Source: Amoebidium appalachense
Taxonomy: Eukaryota > Protista > Ichthyosporea
Assembly: GCA_963693365.1 (NCBI GenBank)
Contig: CAVNZM010000002.1
Coordinates: 3,116,259-3,180,258, forward strand
DNA length: 64,000 nt
Reading direction: 5' to 3'
The notes under the pieces were generated by a model, which did no database searches, was not told the origin of the DNA, and saw only the letters and a program-made list of their open reading frames with translations. Both the position numbers and the translations under genes were made by a program. Each line of letters begins with the position of its first letter. The stretch's first letter is position 1. Shown piece after piece: positions 55,212 through 64,000 of the stretch.

Positions 55212-56833
55212 TTGATTTGTTGTGGGTCAAACCAGGTGCAACCTAAACTAACTTGATCTGGGCTCTCCTCACCACCCTCGTCAAGTTGTGGTACCCGCTA
55301 AGCACCCTTCTAGACCACTGCTTTGACGAAATAAATAAAGAAGCCAAAAGTTTAGGCAAACTTAAAACCCTTTCTTCCTTGTTTTGTCACACTCTATATG
55401 TTCTTTACCATGTGCGCAAAAGAGAAGAGAATCTTGGAAGCAAACTGAAAAGAAAGTGGACTTAAACGTTCAAAGGGTATTAGTGCAAGAACTGAAACGT
55501 TGGAACGTGTGCCCTTTTCCTTTTGACGTGCGTACGGCGTACATGTAATGCTTTTTCTGTGCTTTTTTATGCTGCTTTTTGAGCGTGGGGAGCCAATCAA
55601 ATGCATGGGAACAGTTTTCGTTGGGAATCGACCTGAATCGCCCAAGGCATGCTCACCGTCGGAGTACTACACGGCCGGGTACAGCAGTGCAGAAATTCGA
55701 GAATTCCGAGTCAATTATTTCCGTGACCATTTGAGTCAGTTTGGGCCGTGGTTCTGCAGATTCTATGAAAAAGCGGAACTACCGGCGCTGCATCGGCGGA
55801 GTTCAATTTACGTGTTTTCCCGTGCACTTTGTAGAATTCACGTGACAGCCACGTTAGTTCTCATGGTTGACGACTGCAGGAGAGTCATGATCAGCCCTCG
55901 GGGGTGAGTCACAGCTGGCCATATCTTGCACATGTTGCCATTTGCTGCGGCTGAGGAGCTGAAATCAAATAGAGGAGCACGAAATGAAATGTTGAACAAT
56001 AGGAAACTAAGAAATAACCAACATTTTTCGTTATGAAGCCAGCGTTCGCCATGTGGGAGTCTCGTTTCAGTTCGTTTCAGCACGACTCACAGAAACTTAT
56101 GCCGGCCTATGTGCCTTGCAAGTTGCGGTGCGTAGATAGCCAATCATGGACCTCCATGCTTTTTAGGTTAGCCAATCTTCGGCGACTGCCATAATCAATT
56201 CGAAACCTCGGGAATACTGGTAGTGCACATGTACATCCCAGGACCGGGAATTCGAACACTTGGCGGCATCACCACGCTCATTCTGGCAATTGAAGGAGCG
56301 CACCCAACATGGGCATGCACGCTGGGCGTTCGCATTGCATAACAACTTAGACGTAGGTGTGGCCTATGTCACACGGGTTCTTACTAAGCAGATAAGCCCT
56401 ACTAAATGGCTAAAACGTATATACACTTGCCTTACAAAGCCAGAAGATCACAATAATTTGTGTATGTGGTTGGGTTCCCCCTTTTTCTCGTTTCTTTTCT
56501 TCTCATCTTCTCTCTCTTCTCTCTTTATCTCTCTCTCGCTCCTCCCCAACCCCCCCCCCCCCCCCCCCCCCCCCCCTCCCCGGCCCCTTTTCCGTCGTTT
56601 TCTCCCCCCCCCCTAGCCACCCTCCCGACCCCGTCCCCCCCCCCCCCCCCCCTCCACACACGTACACGTGTACACAAACGCACACACACACACACACACT
56701 TACACACACTATTCCCCCCCCCCCCCCCCCCCCCCCCCCCAGATCTCTCTCCCTTTCATCCCCTCTCTCCCTCCTCCACCCCCCTGCCTGTCTCTTTGAC
56801 CCCGAGGCACATTCAGTCGAGCGCACACCCCTC

Positions 56834-56868
<35 letters not shown>

Positions 56869-57737
56869 GCCCCTCCTCTCCCGGGCTCCACATTCCCTTC
56901 TTAATCGTAGTACCCCGGGTACTTGAAAACAAGAACATATAGAAACGAGGTCTTTCACCATGCAAACGTTCAACTTGCGTGCTTTTTGAAGAGGTAACAG
57001 CGTCTTGAATGGAAAACAAAAATTCTAGAGTTCAAAGAGGCTGGGGGGATATTATTAACCGCAGCGGGCGGGCAGGCGAGCGGGCGGGGAGGCGCTGGGG
57101 GGGCCGGGGGGGGGAGGCTGCGACTTTCTGGGAGGTAAATGATATGTAATGCCACACGGGTTCCTAGACGCTTTATAAAGCCTTACCCCAGTTTATTTAA
57201 CAAACATTGCCGTAACACATCCACTGTCATAGCTATAAGTGCCTACACATTGTTTATCCTGTGCGAGTTAGTTACTCGCCATTACTGGTAGAACCTAAGC
57301 CACAAGCCCTGAGCATAATCATAATGAACTTCACCTTAGCTTACCGGGTATCTATCTGAAAGTTCTGGGATAAAAGACTGCGTATTCAACATTAACAATC
57401 ATACCTAATAATACTATATACCATTGTACATGCAGCCCGTGTTCATTGATATGTCACCCACACACATTATTCGTTCTCATCCTCACAATACCTGGCCCAA
57501 TGGCTACATAGAGATTGTCAAACCACATTCAAGAGAATGGTACACAAACCCCCTCAAATTGCATCAGCAAGCAGACACACACAGCTTCAACATGGATAGT
57601 ATATTTACTACTTTACCCTAAGTGCCTTTATATCGAGCAATCCCCCTTTCAAAACATTCCATTCAAAAGCACATTAGTCGAATAAAAGGACTCTACAGAA
57701 ATGCTCAATTCATCCACATTTCTCGACACCTCAGAAT

Positions 57738-58088
57738 TCACCAGAAGCGACCAGAATATGCCTGCTGGAAGCCATGAAGGTGGGGGCAGCTCTTCTCTCG
57801 AATCTTCTCTGCCTCGGGAAGATAGGACAGGTTGATCTCAAATCTCTGCCGGATTTGGGTGCTCAGTGAGGGTGATAACACAAATTGTCCCTCCTTTTTT
57901 TCTTCTTTCTTTCTTTCTTGCACATATACACACATGCACACATGCACATACAAAACCTAGCTGAAACGTGCACGAATGAGCCCAAGTTTCTAATATCAGA
58001 AATATTTCAGTGTCTTCGAGGATTCCGTAACGCGATATATCCTTTGTGTTTCTAGTGAAATGATAGGTTACTTATCATCGTCATCACA

Positions 58089-58133
<45 letters not shown>

Positions 58134-58378
58134 ACACCCACACCCACACCCACTTACCGCACCCACCCACCCGCAACCACACCCACACTCCCCCCCACCC
58201 TCACCCACGCCCCCACCCTCACCAACCCACCCACTTTCCCGCACACACCCACACCCACACCCAACCACCCACCCCCACCCACCCACCCACCCACACCCAC
58301 AGCTACCCACCCATCAACCCACCCGCCCGCAAATCCACATGCACACACCCAACCCGCAAACCCATCCAACCCCCCCCC

Positions 58379-58409
<31 letters not shown>

Positions 58410-59910
58410 CCCACACACACACCCACCCACCCACCTGCTCGTTTGAAGGGTGTGTGGACATGAATGCAGGTGGGTTGGCGCCCTTCAGCTTGTCCATTGC
58501 CTGTGCACAAACCATCAGCATCCAAATAGTGCAACTAGGTCAACACTTATTTCTCTTCCCCCCTCCCCTTCCCCCCCACACACAAATACCGCCCCCCCCC
58601 CCCCCCCCACCCAACCAAAAAAATAAATAAAAAAATTAAATAAAAGCAGAAGAAAAAATGAAAATAAGAAGAAAAGACGACAAGAACACGCATATACACA
58701 TCAGGTGTATCCAAGCTTGGTGTCGCAAGCAGTGTTGTCTGTGTGATTTACAACCCTACGTACCCTCCACACCGTCACCGCTGCTGCTGGGTTGAAGCAG
58801 GCCTTAGACATGAGGATCATCCTGTCGATCCCAGGGTGTGAGATTATGGCCTCGTGACCCCCCCCCCTCCCCCCCCGGCCGCCCGGCCGCCAGCAACATG
58901 CACACACAAACACACGAACAGACCCATATACACATGGACACCACCCACCCACCCACCCACCCACCCACCAACACATCCACACACACACCCACACACGAGC
59001 GGACACAAGCACACACATACACATGCATACAGGCACACATGCAGGCACGCACACATGCAAACACAAGCTCACACGCACGTGCGAATACACCCACACACAC
59101 CATACTTTCTTCCTCAATAACCTAACGAGATACACAAACAGTAACATGGTAAATGCACCAGAAAATGCAGACACCAGTTAATCTGTCTGATTGAACCCAT
59201 GACATAACCCCCCCCCCCCCCCCCACATCCCCCCCCCCCATCCCCCCACCCCCCACCCCCTCCCCTTCCCCCCATCCCCAGCCCTCCCTTCTCTATCTTT
59301 CTTGCACGATCAATATTCCAACACTCACTCAACGTTAAAGTAGACATGCGTAGGTTTCAAAAAACGCATCGTTGCATTAAGCAACCCTCCGTAAGCACAA
59401 CATGAGAGGAACAAGAACCATTTGCAGCAATGGGAAAGAAGAGACGAAAGGAAATGCACGAGGATAGAAAAAGCATTTTTTGTGATGTTTCCACAAAGTG
59501 TGGGAGAGAGGGTGGGGTGGGGGTGAGTGGGTGGGTGGGGGGGTTGGGAGTGGGGGGAGAGGGGGAGGGGGAGGGGGGGGGGGGTGGGGGAGGAATGCAA
59601 TGAAATGAGGACATCCAAGAATCGAAGACACAAAGAGGCCCGAGTGAAGGTGGACATGTGTGGACACACCACAGCGAGTGCGCACATGTGTTTGCCCGTG
59701 TGTTTGTGCGTGTGTGTGTTCTCTTTCCTTTTGTATGGGCAGGAAAGGGAGGGAAGGGGGGGGGGGATGGGGGGGGGGGGGGGGGAGGGGGGGGGGGGAG
59801 GGGGAGGGGGGGAGGATAAGGAACAAGAGAGGTCAGGTGGATGGGACACATAAGAGGTGGAATACGTAGAAGACGGGCTCTTGGGGTGGGAGGGGGGGGT
59901 TTGCGAATGT

Positions 59911-59941
<31 letters not shown>

Positions 59942-60481
59942 GGGGGGAGGGGGGGAGGTGTATGCATTAATGTGCGGCACATACCCTATGTGATCAGCTT
60001 CGAGTTCAGTCTTTCTCGAAAAAGGCAGTTCTATGGCCAGCTGTGACAGGGCCCTCTCGAGCAGAAAGGGGACGTTGAAGAACACAACGGCAAAGATCTC
60101 GAAGAACCCAACAAACGAGAGGAAAGATTGCTTCTCTGCTACATGCCGGGCCACTTGGTGTGCTATCTGTAACCCCACCCACCATTACTTTGAACACTCG
60201 AGTATGAATTTGATGTGGCCAAGGGGAAGAGGGGGGAAGGTGTGTGTGTGTGTGTGTTGGGGGTGTGTGTTGGGGTTGGGGGGGGGGGGGGGGGGGGGGG
60301 GGAGGGGGGAGAGAGGAAGAAATCAAAAAAAATAAAAAAATTAAGCAGGGAGAGTAAAAGAAAGCTAGCGGCACCCCTCCCCCCCCCCCCCCCCCCCCCC
60401 CCACCCCTCCCGGTTCCCTCCCCTCACAATTTGCACCTCGTCTTCCCAGTTCTAGCAACCCTCCTTCCCCCCCCCCCCTCT

Positions 60482-60512
<31 letters not shown>

Positions 60513-61687
60513 AAAAAAAAAAGGAAAATAAAAGAAAGAGCACACCCCCCCTGGGGCACTCAACCCCTCTCAAAAGTCGGCACTTTGATCCACCCCAATC
60601 ATGTCTCTGAAGGCGAGGTGAAGAAACAACCTGGCACACGGAATGTGGAGAGGGAAGAGAACGATGGTGAAAGATGGGACAACAAACACGAAGAAAACAA
60701 AACACCAAGAAAACCAGAACAAAAACCAGGGGGAGGAAGGGAAGGGGGAGGCTGGGAGGGAGGGGACACCAAAATAAACAAACGCCAAGAAAACCAAACA
60801 CCAGGAAAACAACTGACACCCAAATAACAAAAACGATGACAAAGAAAACATGCACACAAACGTTAAAAAAACAAACACAAACACTAGGAAAACAAACCAC
60901 AAGAATCAGAGGAAAGATATAACCCACCTCGTGACCCAGCACGGCAGCCAGAGCATCTGGCTCCGACACAATAGGAAGCATCCCGGTAAACAGAAACACC
61001 TTACCCCCTGCATGGAATACAAAAGATTATTACAAAAAAAATGAAGTGAAAAGACCAACAGGCAGGTGCATGTGCACATACACACTACACCCACCCGCCC
61101 ACACACACACACATTCACCCACCTCCCCATCCCCCCACACCCATCACTCACAGACCCACATCTACATATACACACCTTCGCGAGGGGAAGGGAGAATGGG
61201 GAACGAAAGAAGAAGGGGGTGATGTATGATTTAGAAGGTTGGAATTGTGAGGAGGGAGAGGGGGAGGGGGGGGGGGGGGGGGGGGGGGCGGGTATGATAC
61301 CCGGGAGGACCATGCAGTTAGCTGTTGGGTCGTTGATGACGTAGAACTCCCAGTCCAGATGCTCCAGCCCACTCACGGCTGCAATGCGCTCCCCAACATC
61401 ACGCACATACCGTGTGACCTGTTCACAGTGCAAAAAAAAGGGGGGAAATAGAATGTGTTTGATAATCGGGAAGTGGGGGGGGGGGGGGGGGGGGGGGGCA
61501 GAGAGGGGAGGGTGGGACGGGATGAGAGGAGGGAGGGAAGGGGTGGAGAGAGGGGGTGGGTGAAATAGACGGGGACAGGACGAGAAAGGGGAGGGGGGCA
61601 ATAGGGGATGGAAGAGGGGAAGGTGTGTGTGTTTGTGTGTGTGCGTGGTGGTGGTGGTGGTGGTGGTGGTGGTGGTGGTGTGTGTGT

Positions 61688-61747
<60 letters not shown>

Positions 61748-62280
61748 GAGGGGGTAAAAGGAAGAGAGGCTCAGAAGTCAGGGGGTAATGGAGGGCGAAG
61801 AGTCAAAGGGGTGGAGAGGAAGGGTGAACGGGTGGGGGTGCAGGAATGGGAGAGCAGGAAGAGGGGGGGAGGGGGGGGTTTGGGGGGAGAGAGGGGGCAG
61901 GGGGGGGAGAGAGAGAGAGAGAGACAAAGAGAGTATGGATAAGATTGCAGCCGAAATGGACTGGGAAATATGCGAATGTCGGTGTATGCGAAAGTGCGTA
62001 GGAGGGGATGGGGGGAGGGGGGGGAGGAAGGTAGAAGGTAATTACGAGAGCCCCTCGAGGAAAAAAACAAAAAAAAAGGAAAAAAGGGAAAGAGGGTGAT
62101 GATCAGCATATAGTAGGCCAACTTCAATAGGGACATCTAAGAAGAACGAAATGCAACAGTCAAAAAGACCCAAAGACGTAACCCAAATGAGAACAATAGA
62201 TAGGCAGCGCACAAACCATCTCGATTCCTTTCGTTTCGACGTCTTCTTGTGTGTGCACAGGCACGCTGGGGTGGGGGGTT

Positions 62281-62329
<49 letters not shown>

Positions 62330-63349
62330 GGGGGGAGGGAGGGATAACGGATGCGCTATAGAGCACGGGGCACACAACAAAGACGGGCAACACAATGCAG
62401 AATTCTCCCCTCCCTCCTCCCCACCTCCCTCTCCCAACCAAACAAAGGCACACACAAGTAGTATGGGTGTGTGTGCGGGTGTGTTTTTGGAGCGGGAAGG
62501 GGGGGGAAGGGGGGAAAGAGAGGCTGCACGTAGGGAAAGGCCAGAACCTACCGGGTGGTTTGCAGGAAGAATCTGACCTGTAGGGAGGGAAAAAGGGAAA
62601 AAAAGAGTCAGTAAACCGACCGTTAACATTGTTCGGTGATATGCGACTGAAATTGCATGTCTCGATTGAACAACGCCACGGCTGTTTCCCTCCCGATCTC
62701 AATGTGTGCCCCAACAACAAAAAATTACATAAAAATAGGAGTTTTGTTGTATCTGCCCGTTGCTCCAGCAGCAACCCCCCCCCCCCCCCCCCCCCCTTCC
62801 CCCCCCCAAAACCCTTTCACCCACCCACCCGCCTGCCCACCCACCCACCCCTTGTTCCCCGAATCTCTGGAACGTCTGTCCCTCCTATATGTTCTACCTA
62901 ATTCCTCACTAACTACACTCTCAGTCAAGAATAATGCACGTAGAAGCATGGCTTTAAAACAAGTCACGGATCAAATATCAGGCAGGTGTGAGTGAGTGAG
63001 TGTGTGTGTGTGTGTGTATGCGTGCCCCAATGTGTTTTCCCTTCGTTACTCCCGTCTTTCTTTTTGTTTCTTCCCTTCTTTTTCTTCGTTTTCTATGCCA
63101 TCCCTTTCTCCGTTCACGTTTCTTTTTCTTCTTTTCTTCCTTTTGCCTTCCCCTGCTGATCATGTATTGTTTTTCTTTTATTTCTTTCTCTCTCTCTCCC
63201 CCCCCCCCCCCCTCCCCCCCCTCCCCTCTCCCCCCCTCTCTCCAACTTTTTTTGTGAAGGGGAAGGGGGGGGGGGGGGGGGGGGGGGAGGGAGGCTTATG
63301 GCTACCTTTATATCGCTCCATCACTTGTCGGTATGCATACTCTCCAGTC
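57738..63349 (-). CDS. OMA1: OMA1-like M48 zinc metallopeptidase, 5' exons beyond window end
   Basis: Phase-consistent exons 63349-63306, 62577-62552, 61418-61301, 61007-60928, 60166-59985, 58821-58764, 58500-58435, 57845-57738. Motifs GQILPANHP, WEFYVINDPTANCMVLPGGKVFLFTGML, LAAVLGHE|IAHQVARH (HEXXH), LPFSRKTELEADHIG, LMSKACFNP, FMSTHPS. Confidence 0.93.
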
Positions 63350-63559
63350 CTGCACCAAAAAAAATAAAAAAATAAAAAATAGTCAGGAAGTCAACAGACA
63401 TGTTGGTCTGAGTGGGCACATGAATAAGGCTATGAAAAATATAACCGAAGTGTGAATATGAAGAAGACCACAGGGATATAAACGTGAAATGTGTACTAGA
63501 AATATCACCATGAAAACTGTAATCGAACAATGGTTAGGGGAATAATAAACAGGAGATCA

Positions 63560-63750
63560 AATACAGGGTTATGACTATGAGGGCAGAGCAATAAGAGCAA
63601 AAACAAGAACAACAGAAATAATGAAAACAAAACAGAAACATGAAAAAACACAACAGGAATATGAAAAACCGGATTATTTAAAAACATAACAGGAACATGT
63701 AAAATCACCACAGGATCATGTGAAGACAGAACAAGAATATGAGAAACAAT
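63560..63750. repeat. Degenerate ~20-bp minisatellite in OMA1 intron
   Basis: Recurrent aacaggaa(c/t)atgaaaaa-like units (aacagaaacatgaaaaaacac, aacaggaatatgaaaaacc, aacaggaacatgtaaaatcac, aacaagaatatgagaaac). Confidence 0.5.
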
Positions 63751-64000
63751 GCTTCAAGTACATCGCAAAATGACGATGTGTGGAGCTAGAGAACAGAGCA
63801 CGAATAAAGATCAAACCAAATCATGAGGTGTGGGGGGGAGGGGGTGGAGGTGGGGGGGGGGGGGGGGGGGGGGGGCAACCATTATCGCCATTATTATTTA
63901 CATACTTTGTTCATTTATTTAGTTAATTTCTTTTTTTCCTTATTCTTCTTCATTTTTCTCTTTTCTTTTTCTTTGTCTTTTCTCTCTCTCTCTCTCTCTC

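Noticed and set aside
55548-56360. Plus-strand ORF and exon-like segments divergent from the 509-aa orphan
   Set aside because: Short, no homology cue and no consistent splice chain; cannot be supported without transcripts.
62600-62990. Additional OMA1 exons
   Set aside because: Exons 63349-63306 and 62577-62552 already join in phase to give the expected RQVMERYKGQILPANHP.

Overview
Eukaryotic, intron-rich genomic DNA using the standard code. Introns and intergenic spacers are filled with long G/C homopolymers and (CA)n/(GA)n microsatellites, so nearly all ORFs in the supplied track are low-complexity artefacts. Splicing exons by hand with phase checks gives nine credible protein-coding genes: a YAK1-type DYRK kinase (-, 1075-16103), a TlpA-like thioredoxin with a C-terminal SAP-like module (-), BAP31 (+), a 7-exon orphan (-), a DAP1-family protein (+), an intronless multi-pass membrane protein (-), a LicD-family protein (-), a 2-exon orphan with possible pseudokinase traces (-) and the 3' part of OMA1 (-). 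Mobile DNA comprises a non-autonomous hAT element with an 8-bp TSD and a decayed transposase, a Tourist-like MITE with a TAA TSD, and two decayed copies of a ~140-bp foldback element. YAK1 together with DAP1 suggests a non-metazoan opisthokont (inference). The most notable signals are a poly(C) tract just downstream of many, often weak, splice donors, a non-animal DAP1 homologue, a GC-AG intron and uORFs in YAK1. Gene models are manual and lack transcript support.
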